NCBI RefSeq assembly: GCF_044704955.1
Contig: NC_091981.1
Location: forward strand, 296,918,001 to 296,982,000
DNA: 64,000 nucleotides
Direction of reading: 5' to 3'
Source of the DNA: Pristiophorus japonicus
Lineage: Eukaryota
Made by a program: the position numbers and the translations under genes. Positions 20,727 to 30,855 of the stretch are shown here, piece after piece. How positions within the stretch are numbered: position 1 is the first letter of the stretch; every line of letters starts with the position of its first letter. The notes beneath the pieces were generated by a model, which saw only the letters and a list, made by a program, of their open reading frames with translations, was not told where the DNA came from and did not search any database.

Positions 20727-23628
20727 TGACGAACATGGGAAACGAAAACCAGAGCGTGACAGGAAGGGACAGAATCTATAAACATAAGTGCCTATCAGAA
20801 ACTGGGGCCATAGCAGGAGAAAATGGTAAGAAAACACACTTAAAAGCTCTTTATCTGAATGCACGCAGCATTCGTAACAAATTAGATGAGCTGTCGGCAC
20901 AAATAGTTACAAATGGGTATGATCTGATAGCCATAACAGAGACTTGGTTGCAAGGTGACCAGGATTGCGAACTAAACATGCAAGGAATTCGGAAGGACAG
21001 ACAGAAAGGAAAAGGAGGTGGGGTAGCTGTGTTGATAAAGGATGGAATCACTGCAATAGTGAGAAACGATATTGGCTCAAATGATCAGGATGTTGAAACA
21101 GTTTGGGTAGAGAGAATGAATAATAAGGGGAAAAAGTCACTGGTGGGTGTAGTCTATAGGCCCCCCTAACAGTAGCAACTCTGTTGGTTGGAGCATAAAC
21201 CTGGAAATAGTGGGGACTTGTAAAAAGGGAACAGCAATAATCATGGGTGATTTTAACCTCTATATTGATTGGACAAATCAAATTGGTCAGGGTAGCCTTG
21301 AGGAAGAGTTCATAGAATGCATAAGGGACAGGTTCCTTGAGCAGTATGTAATGGAACCAACCAGGGGGCAGGCTATCTTAGATCTGGTCCTGTGTAATGA
21401 GACAGGATTAATAATAAACAATCTCCTAGTAAAGGATTCCCTTGGAATGAGTGATCATAACATGGTTGAGTTTCAAATCAGATGGAGGGAGAGAAAGTTG
21501 GATCTCTAACCAGCGTACTAAGCTTAAATAAAGGAAACTACAAAGGTATGAGGGCAGAGTTGGCTAAAGTGGACTGGGAAAATAGATTGAAGTGAAGGAC
21601 AGTTGATGAATAGTGGCGTACATTTAAGGAGATATTTCATAACTCTTAAGAAAAATATATTCCAGTAAAGGACGGTATCCAATTAAAAACAAGGGCATAT
21701 CAAGTGGCCAAAACTAGTGGGAGGACAGAAGATTGGGAAGCTTTTAAAAGCCAGCAAAGAATGACTAAAAAAAATTATTAAGAAAGGGAAGATAGACTAT
21801 GATAGTAAACTAGCACGAAATATAAAAACAGATAGCAAGAGTTTCTATAGATATATAAAAAGGAAAAGAGTGACTAAAGTAAATGTTGGTCCCTTAGAGG
21901 ACGAGACCGGGGAATTAATAATGGGGAACATGGAGATGGCAGAAACTCTAAACAAGTATTTTGTATCAGTCTTTATGGTAGAGGACACTAAAAATATCCC
22001 AACAGTGGATAGTCAAGGGGCTATAGGGGGGGAGGAACTTAACACAATCACAATCACTAAGGAGATGGTACTCAGTAAGATAATGGGACTAAAGGCGGAT
22101 AAAATGCCCTGGACCTGATGGCTTACATCCTAGGGTCTTAAGAGAAGTAGTGGCAGGGATTGTGGATGCATTGGTTGTAATTTACCAAAATTCCCTGGAT
22201 TCTGGGGCGGTCCCAGCAGATTGGAAAACTGCAAATTTAATGCCCCTATTTAAAAAAGGAGGCAGACAAAAAGCAGGAAACTATAGACCAGTTAGACTAA
22301 CATCTGTGGTTGGGAAAATGTTGGAGTCCATTATTAAGGAAGCAATAGCAGGACATTTGGAAAAGCAGAATTCAGTCAGGCAGAGTCAGCATGGATTTAT
22401 GAAGGGGAAGTCATGTTTGACAAATTTGCTGGAATTCTTTGAGGATGTAACAAACAGGGTGGATAAAGGGGAACCAGTGGATGTGGCGTATTTGGACTTC
22501 CAGAAGGCAATTGACAAGGTGCCACATAAAAGGTTATTGCACAAGATAAAAGTTCACGGGGTTGGGGGTAATATATTAGCATGGATAGAGGATTGGCTAA
22601 CTAACAGAAAACAGAGAGTCGGGATAAATGGGTCATTTTCCGGTTGGCAAACAGTGACTCGTGGGGTGCCACAGGGATCGGTGCTGGGACCTCAACTATT
22701 TACAATCTATATTAACGACTTGGAAGAAGGGACTGAGTGTAACGTAACCAAGTTTGCTGACGATACAAAGATGGTAGGAAGGGTAATGTGTGAGGAGGAC
22801 ACAAAAAACCTGCAAAAGGACACAGACAGGCTAAGTGAGTGGGCAAAAATTTGGCAAATGGAAAGTGTGAGGTCATGCACTTTAACAGAGAAAAAAAAAA
22901 TCGAGGAGCAAGTTATTATTTAAATGGAGAAAGATTGCAAAGTGCTGCAGTACACTGGGACCTGGGGGTACTTGTGCATGAGACACAAAAGATTAGTATG
23001 CAGGTACAGCAAGTGATCAGGAAGGCCAATGGAATGTTGGCCTTTATTGCAAAGCAGATGGAGTATAAAAGCAGGGAAGTCCTGCTACAGTTATAGAAGG
23101 TATTAGTGAGGCCACACCTGGAATACTGCGTGCAGTTTTGGTTTCCATATTTACGAAAGGATATACTTGCAGTTCAGAGAAGGTTCAGTCGGTTGATTTC
23201 AGGGATGAGGGGGTTGACTTATGAGGAAAGGTTGAGTAGGTTGGGCCTCTACTCATTGGAATTCAGAAGAATGAGAGGTGATCTTATTGAAACATATAAG
23301 ATTCTGAGGGGGCTTGACAAGGTGGAATCTAGAGCTGGGGGCATAGTTTCAGAATAAGGGGAAGCCCATTTAAGACTGAGATGAGGAGGAATTGCTTTTC
23401 TCAGAGGATTGTAAATCTGTGGAATTCTCTGCCAAAGAGAGCTGTGGAGGCTGGGTCATTGAATATATTTAAGATGGAGATAGACAGATTTTTGAACGAT
23501 AAGGGATTGAAGGGTTATGGAGCAGGGAAGTGGAGCCGAGTCCATGATCAGATCAGCCATGATCTTATTGAATGGCGGAGCAGGCTCAAGGGGCCAAATG
23601 GCCTGCTCCTATTTCTTATGTTCTTATG
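20727..23628 (+). mobile_element. CR1 LINE ORF2 (APE endonuclease + RT) with stops and frameshifts, through the 3' tail
   Basis: KALYLNARSIRNK, AITETWL, GDFN, SDH (EN); QHGFMKGKSCLTNL, GVPQGSVLGP, FADDTK (RT); tail TTCTTATGTTCTTATG. Confidence 0.93.
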
Positions 23629-24582
23629 TAAAGGTAGGCAAAGACAGTTTAGAGGGAACTTTGGTCACATTCCTCACTCTTAAGTTTCAAACCTTGCTTT
23701 GTGTGTGATCTTTCTCCTTCTCGAAGTTAATGTCCAACTCTTACCATGCTAAGGTGCTCCTTCGGTCAGGTTATTCATTAATTCGGACTTGTTACTCATC
23801 GCCCGATCTGCTGTGTCCTGCTCCCTTGTCAGTTCTAAAACATATTGTTTCAGAAAACTGTCCTAGAAATTCACTGCCTTTACCACCTGAGCTCTTCTGC
23901 ATCTCCCAGTCTCTGTGAAAATTACATTCTCCCATTACAACCACACTGCTTTTGCTACCAGCTTCACTGATCACTGCATGTATGCATCTCGCTACTGCAT
24001 CTCTGCTATCAGCAGGTCTGCAGATCACTCCCACCAGAGGCTTGCTTCCATTGCTGTTTCTTAAATGTTCACACTGCCTGCTCACCCTTACAGATAGCCT
24101 TCCTCTTCACTGGTGTAAGGGTGCCCTTCATCAATATTGCTGCTCCCCCCTCCTTTCCCCAATTCCCTGTCCTTTCGAAAGACCGTTTAGCCTGGAACAC
24201 TACGCTCCGATTCACACCCAGCTTGTAGCCAGGTCATTGCAATGGCCACTGTGTTACACCCTTTGTGCTGAATCTGCGCTTGTAACTCACCTGTTTTATT
24301 CCTCAGGCAACGTGAATTTGTGTTGAAACTCCGATTTGGCTAAAAGACTCCAAAACAAAACTCCAAAGCCCTTCATGATTTTAAACACCTCTATCAAATC
24401 TTCGGTTAACCTTCTCTGCTCTCAGGAGAGCCTCAGCTGCTCCAGTCTCTCCACGTAACTGCAGTCCCTCATCCCTGGAACTATTCTTGTAAATCTCCTC
24501 TGCTCCCTCTCCAAAGCCTTGATAGCCTTCCTAAAGTGCGCTGCCCAGCACTGGGGCCTAACCAGTGATTTGGAAGGTTTAC

Positions 24583-24774
24583 CAGGTCGAATATCTTTGG
24601 CCGGGACTGGTTACCGATATGCAGCAAGTCCTTGAAGCCTTTGGTGATGACGAGCGCGATTCGCTCCCCCTTTCGCTCCAGCAGCGCATTGGTGGCGACG
24701 GTGGTGCCCATCCGGATCCAGTCGATCCGGGCGGTGTCCATCGGCTGGTCCCGAGGCACCCGAATTCCACACTC
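24583..24774 (-). CDS. OPLAH: 5-oxoprolinase coding exon 2
   Basis: [64 protein letters not shown]; tgacag| ... |gtaaac; 192 bp, phase 0-0. Confidence 0.96.
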
Positions 24775-24904
24775 CTGTCACAACACACACCAAGCACACA
24801 GAGTCAGACAGGGAGCCCACTGAACACACGCCGTGAAATCAAACCCCCACCGGGAAAAGGCACTGTCAGAGCGCTGAATATCCACTGCTCCAGTGAGTTG
24901 GTGT

Positions 24905-25700
24905 GAACAATGCCTCGGACTTTCCCCCCCATATTCAGCGATTTACTGCGAGCAATGCCACGGGTGTTCCCCATATTCAGCTATTTACTGCGAGCAATGC
25001 CACGGGTGTTCCCCATATTCAGCGATTTACTGCGAGCAATGCCACGGGTGTTCCCCATATTCAGCGATTTACTGCGAGCAATGCCACGGGTGTTCCCCAT
25101 ATTCAGCGATTTACTGCGAGCAATGCCACGGGTGTTCCCCATATTCAGCGATTTACTGCGAGCAATGCCACGGGTGTTCCCCATATTCAGCGATTTACTG
25201 CGAGCAATGCCACGGGTGTTCCCCATATTCAGCGATTTACTGCGAGCAATGCCACGGGTGTTCCCCATATTCAGCGATTTACTGCGAGCAATGCCACGGG
25301 TGTTCCCCATATTCAGCGATTTACTGCGAGCAATGCCACGGGTGTTCCCCATATTCAGCGATTTACTGCGAGCAATGCCACGGGTGTTCCCCATATTCAG
25401 CGATTTACTGCGAGCAATGCCACGGGTGTTCCCCATATTCAGCGATTTACTGCGAGCAATGCCACGGGTGTTCCCCATATTCAGCGATTTACTGCGAGCA
25501 ATGCCACGGGTGTCTCCCCATATTCAGCGATTTACTGCGAGCAATGCCACGGGTGTCTCCCCATATTCAGCGATTTACTGCGAGCAATGCCACGGGTGTT
25601 CCCCATATTCAGCGATTTACTGCGAGCAATGCCACGAGTGTCTCCCCAATCAATTTACTGCGAGCAATGCCACGGGTCCCCTCCTCCAGGGATTTACTGT
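24905..25700. repeat. 42-bp minisatellite CCCCATATTCAGCGATTTACTGCGAGCAATGCCACGGGTGTT (about 18 near-identical copies)
   Basis: Directly visible; fills most of OPLAH intron 24775-25761. Confidence 0.95.
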
Positions 25701-25761
25701 GATCAATGCCCCCCCCCCCCCTCCCACCACCACCACCACCACCACCACCACCACAATTTAC

Positions 25762-25929
25762 CTCCTGCAGGATCCTCCTGATGCCCTCCGTGGGGGCATC
25801 TCGGTAATTGGCTGGGTCTTCAGAGAGCAGCTTCATGACTCGGACCTTCCCCCCAGGACACCGGGCGAACACGTCGGTGAATGTCCCGCCGCGATCGATA
25901 GCGAACTGAAACTTTCCCGGCTCCGCCAT
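25762..25929 (-). CDS. OPLAH: 5-oxoprolinase, first coding exon (ATG at 25929; exon acceptor at 25957)
   Basis: Translates [56 protein letters not shown], with the hydantoinase/oxoprolinase N-terminal DRGGTFTD motif. Upstream acceptor ctgacag, donor GAG|gtaaat, phase 0. Confidence 0.96.
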
Positions 25930-26142
25930 CGCTCGCAGGCTGCCACCCCCGGGGCAACTGTCAGGGAATGGAGAGACAAGCAAATCGGTATAGAAACAGG
26001 CCGGATCTGTCCCCTTAAACCCACCTCCGACCACAGCAAACCCACACTGCCCTGTCCATTGGCAGCTATCAACTTAGGCTCAGAGGTCTGACTGAGCAGC
26101 AGTTAGCAATGATGTGTTTTTCCAGTTTACTGCCTCACCTCT

Positions 26143-27430
26143 GTGTCGGCGGTGGCTCAGTGGTGAGCACTCTCGCCAGAGTCAGCAGATTGCAAGTTCA
26201 AGTCCCACACCAAAATCTCAAGCACATAATCCAGGCTGACACTCCAGGGTGCTGCACTGTCAGAGGGGCAGTACTGAGGGAGTGCTGCACTGTGGGAGGG
26301 GCAGTACTGAGGGAGCGCTGCACTGTGGGAGGGGCAGTACTGAGGGAGCGCTGCACTGTCAGAGGGGCAGTATTGAGGGAGTGCTGCACTGTGGGAGGAG
26401 CAGTACTGAGGGAGTGCTGTACTGTGGGAGGGGCAGTACTGAGGGAGCGCTGCACTGTCAGAGGGGCAGTACTGAGGGAGTGCTGCACTGTGGGAAGGGC
26501 AGTACTGAGGGAATGCTGCACTGTGGGAGGGGCAGTACTGAGGGAGTGCTGCACTGTGGGAGGGGCAGTACTGAGGGAGTGCTGCACTGTCAGAGGGGCA
26601 GTACTGAGGGAGTGCTGCACTGTCAGAGGGGCAGTACTGAGGGAATGCTGCACTGTGGGAGGGGCAGTACTGAGGGAGTGCTGCACTGTGGGAGGGTCAG
26701 TACTGAGGGAGTGCTGCACTGTGGGAGGGGCAGTACTGAGGGAGCGCTGCACTGTCGGAGGAGCAGTACTGAGGGAGCGCCGCTCTGTCGGAGGGGCAGT
26801 ACTGAGGGAGTGCCGCTCTGTCGGAGGGGCAGTACTGAGGGAGTGCCGCACTGTGGGAGGGGCAGTACTGAGGGAGAGCTGCACTGTGGGAGGGGCAGTA
26901 CTGAGGGAGTGCTGCACTGTCAGAGGGGCAGTACTGAGGGAGCGCCGCACTGTCGGAGGAGCAGTACTGAGGGAGTGCCGCTCTGTCGGAGGGGCAGTAC
27001 TAAAGGAATGCTGCACTGTCGGAGGGGCAGTACTGAGGGAGCACTGCCCTGTCGCAGGGGCAGTACTAAAGGAATGCTGCACTGTTGGAAGGGGCAGTAC
27101 TGAGGGAGCATTGCACTGGCGCAGGGGCATTCTTTCGGATGAGACGTTAAACCCATCTACCCTCTCAGGTGGTTGTAAAAGATCCCAGGGGACTATTCAA
27201 AGAAGCGCAGAGGAGTTACCCACGGTGCCCTCGCCAATATTTGTCCTTCAACCAACATCACTAACAGATTACCTGGTCATTGCTGTATGTGGGAGCTTGC
27301 TGTGTGCAAATTGGCTGGTGCGTTTCCTACATTACAAGAGTGACTGCACTTCAAAAGTACTTGACTGGCTTTCAACAGTGCTAAGGGACGTCCGTAGGAT
27401 GTGAAAGGCGCTATAGAAATGCAAATTCGT
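26143..27430 (+). mobile_element. DeuSINE with internally expanded 33-bp minisatellite (array about 26245-27125)
   Basis: A/B boxes at 26152-26205; body tctttcggatgagacgttaaacc...aaagatccc; L2-type tail gaaaggcgctatagaaatgcaa. Confidence 0.8.
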
Positions 27431-27889
27431 CCATTTTTGATCAACTGTAAATGAGAAACCTGCTATAGATATTCCACGGATTTAAACCCCAGTCCAGGGG
27501 CAACATTCTAACTCTCTCTGCCGCCCAGCCTGTGTTAATGGGTAATAGATCTGCGGCACAGAACGTGTCTGTGTAAATGGACCTCTTGTTAATCCATGTA
27601 CGTTGTTCCGTGGCTCAATCCCAAAAGATGCAGGGTTGCAGGGAGTTTATCCTACAATGCCAAGCCCAGTTTACACAGACTAAGAGAGACTCACCTGAGA
27701 CACAGGCAGTACCAATGGATAAATCAGTCTTGCACCTCGCTATGCTGGTTGCGATCATTCAGCGTTGCTGCGTAGGTGCTGAAACGTTTAATAAATTGCT
27801 TCCGAGTTTTGTTATCCTAAAAATAATCAGAGGAAAGCCACCACTTTCAGCATTTTAAACTGGCATGGTCACCACACACACAACCTCTG

Positions 27890-28465
27890 GCTGTTCACCC
27901 TCCCCCCTCGGAATGCCTTGCAGCCACTCATCCTTGACCCTGGCACCAGGGAGGCAACAGACCATCCTGGAATCATGTCTGTGGCTGCAGAAACACCAGT
28001 CTGTTTCCCCTAACTATCGAATCCCCTAGCACTATTACTTTCCCTGTCTTCCTTCCTCCCCCGTACAGCTGATACACCCATGGTGCCACGGGCTTGGCTC
28101 TGGCTGTACGCCTCAAATGAACCATCGCCCTCACCAGTATTTAGAACTGAATACCCGTTGGAGAGCGAGATGGACTTCAGGGGACTCCTGTACTACCAGC
28201 CTGGTCCTCCTGACAGTCACTCATTCCCTCTCCGCCTGCGCACTCTTACGCTGCGGCGCGACCACTCCCGAAACGTGCTAAACACGGAGCTCTCAGCCCA
28301 GCAGATACATTGCAGTGACACCAGCCGCTGCTCAATCACCGCAACCCTGGAGCTCGAGTTCCTCCAGCCGGCAACAGCTCCTGCTCACGTGGCTGTCCAG
28401 GACACGGGAAGCGCCCCGAAGTACTCGCATGGCACGGGACCCCGTCGGTCAAACTCCACTACGGT
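27890..28465 (-). mobile_element. CR1 ORF1 remnant (SGNH esterase-like and N-terminal region)
   Basis: The reverse strand encodes DSRMVCCLPGARVKD and LEELEL, homologous to ORF1 of the CR1 at 52990. Confidence 0.7.
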
Positions 28466-29405
28466 CCAGTCAGTCTAACTCCTCTACAGCCCGGTCAGTC
28501 TAACTCTCAGATCCCCCCTCCCCCCGGTCAGTCTAACTCTCTGAACCCCCTCCCCCCGGTCAGTCTAACTCTCCGATCCCCCCCTCCCCCCGGTCAGTCT
28601 AACTCTCAGATCCCCTCCCCCCGGTCAGTCTAACTCTCTGAACCCCCTCCCCCCGGTCAGTCTAACTCTCTGAACCCCCTCCCCCCGGTCAGTCTAACTC
28701 TCTGAACCCCCCCTCCCCCCGGTCAGTCTAACTCTCAGATCCCCCTCCCCCGGTCAGTCTAACTCTCAGATCCCCCTCCCCCGGTCAGTCTAACTCTCAG
28801 ATCCCCCTCCCCCGGTCAGTCTAACTCTCTGAACCCCCCCTCCCCCCGGTCAGTCTAACTCTCAGATCCCCTCCCCCCGGTCAGTCTAACTCTCAGATCC
28901 CCTCCCCCCGGTCAGTCTAACTCTCTGAACCCCCTCCCCCCGGTCAGTCTAACTCTCCGATCCCCCCTCCCCCCGGTCAGTCTAACTCTCTGAACCCCCT
29001 CCCCCCGGTCAGTCTAACTCTCTGAACCCCCTCCCCCCGGTCAGTCTAACTCTCTGAACTCCCTCCCCCCGGTCAGTCTAACTCTCCCCTCCCCCGGTCA
29101 GTCTAACTCTCTGAACCCCCGGTCAGTCTAACTCTCCGATCCCCCCTCCCCCCGGTCAGTCTAACTCTCTGAACCCCCGGTCAGTCTAACTCTCCGATCC
29201 CCCCTCCCCCCGGTCAGTCTAACTCTCTGAACCCCCTCCCCCCGGTCAGTCTAACTCTCTGAACCCCCTCCCCCCGGTCAGTCTAACTCTCTGAACCCCC
29301 TCCCCCCGGTCAGTCTAACTCTCTGAACCCGCCCCTCCCCCCGGTCAGTCTAACTCTCTGAACCCGCCCCTCCCCCCGGTCAGTCCTATCCTGGCAGTCT
29401 AACTC
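28466..29405. repeat. About 32-bp minisatellite CCCCCTCCCCCCGGTCAGTCTAACTCTCTGAA (about 29 copies, variable C-runs)
   Basis: Directly visible. Confidence 0.95.
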
Positions 29406-29426
29406 TGATCTGCTTGACCCACTAAC

Positions 29427-29650
29427 CTTGTGACCTCCAACTGACCCCACGACCCTCAATTTGCCCCCGTGACCCCAATCTAAGCGGTGAGAGTGACCTG
29501 TGACTGCCCCCTGCCGCCTGCCGCAGGCCCAGCCCGAGCCCCAGACTCAGTCCCCTGTGAGAGACCCCGACCCCGGGAGTGTGGACGCCGCTGGCTTGGC
29601 TCCCTTCCCTCAGGTAGCCGGCGGCAAACACCGTCCCGCATCTCCCTCAG
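29427..29650 (-). other. OPLAH: Probable non-coding first exon of OPLAH (boundaries uncertain)
   Basis: The ATG exon has a splice acceptor 28 nt upstream of the ATG, so an upstream exon is required. This GC/CpG-rich stretch lies directly downstream (minus direction) of the CCAAT cluster. Candidate donors: AG|GTTAGT (exon end 29427), AG|GTCACT (29498) or G|GTGAGT (29753). Confidence 0.4.
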
Positions 29651-30601
29651 CCCCAGCCACAGCGGCCGGGCCCCGCCCTTTCTCACCCTCCCCCAATCAG
29701 AGACAGCGCCCTCCGCTCGCCCGCCAATGGCGTGCCGCCCATCCCCACTCACCCCGCCCCCGCCTCGGGCCAATCACCGCCCACCAACCCTCCTGTCCAA
29801 TCGCATCCGCCGACTGACAACACCACCCAATCAGAAAACAAGCCCCCCTGCCAAGCGCAGTCCCGATAAACATCGTTCTGATTGGCGTACTGCTCTGACC
29901 AATCAAGTCGCTCAGTTCTGGCCCCGGCCTCTTCTTTCCGATTGGCGAAATGCCTTGGCTAATCAACTCGCTGAGTGGCTGCAAGAGCATCAATTCTCAT
30001 TGGCGAGGTGTCTGGACCAATCAGTTCGCTCAGTGTCGACTACCGCCCATCAAAATATCTGCGTCATTGGTGTGCCTGACCAATGAGGTCGCTTCAGGGT
30101 TCATTAATATTAACCAACAACAACAACTTGTATTTATATCGCGCCTTTAACGTAGTAAAACGTCCCAAGGCGCGTCACACCTCCCTGGCAGACTCTGTAT
30201 ATCCCCCGTCAGTTAGAATACTTGCATTAAAAATGAGTTCTTTCCTTCACAGGGTATCGATAGATCCTATAATCCTGACTTATCAATTTTTCTATTCTAA
30301 TTTGAACACTTTTGGTAAAATTGTTTTATTTATTTTACTGAATGTATTTGGATTTGTAATCTCCGACCGTGGCTCGGTGTTAAAAATGTCAAGCGCCTTG
30401 GCACCTCTTGACTTTGTGTAAGTTGTTGTTGTTAAAGAAAGAACTACAACTCCCAGGGTGCAGCGGGACCACCCCCAGCAGCCGCCGGACGCGGAGCGAG
30501 CCGCAAGGCCCGGCGGGAGTTGTAGTCCGCGGCCGGGCGGACTGCAGCTCCCGGCGGGCACTGCGGGTCGCCGCGCGGAGTTGTGGGATTTGCGGCACAA
30601 G
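29650..30601. promoter_or_regulatory. Bidirectional CpG-island promoter region between OPLAH and EXOSC4
   Basis: Twelve CCAAT/ATTGG boxes in 29693-30084, GC boxes (ccccgccc), and ZNF143/THAP11-type ACTACAnnTCCC motifs at 30443 (+), 30526 (-) and 30541 (+, degenerate). NRF1-like GCATGCGC motifs just after EXOSC4 exon 1. Confidence 0.8.
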
Positions 30602-30772
30602 ATGGCGGGGCTGGAGCTGCTGTCCGATCAGGGCTACCGGCTGGACGGCAGGAAACCCACCGAGCTCCGGAAGATCCAGGCCCGCATGGGGGTGTTCGCG
30701 CAGGCCGACGGCTCGGCCTACATCGAGCAGGGCAACACCAAGGCGCTGGCGGTGGTTTACGGGCCGCACGAG
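30602..30772 (+). CDS. EXOSC4: Exosome complex component RRP41, exon 1
   Basis: MAGLELLSDQGYRLDGRKPTELRKIQARMGVFAQADGSAYIEQGNTKALAVVYGPHE (RNase PH domain); strong Kozak aagATGG; donor |gtgagc. Confidence 0.97.
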
Positions 30773-30855
30773 GTGAGCCCGCATGCGCAAAGCCGCCGCT
30801 CCGCCAGTGCGCATGTGCAGATCTGCTTCTCCTCCTGGAGCACAGACAGAGAGAT

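Noticed and set aside
24893-25702. ORF with about 18 repeated CxxCH motifs ([14 protein letters not shown]), resembling a multi-haem cytochrome or metal-binding repeat protein
   Set aside because: It is the translation of a near-perfect 42-bp minisatellite with almost no synonymous variation, open in several frames, antisense within an OPLAH intron, and without an ATG start or splice context.
26143-26215. tRNA gene-like A/B boxes (also near 80-150, 5936-5990 and 42500)
   Set aside because: These are SINE heads followed by SINE body, with no complete cloverleaf.
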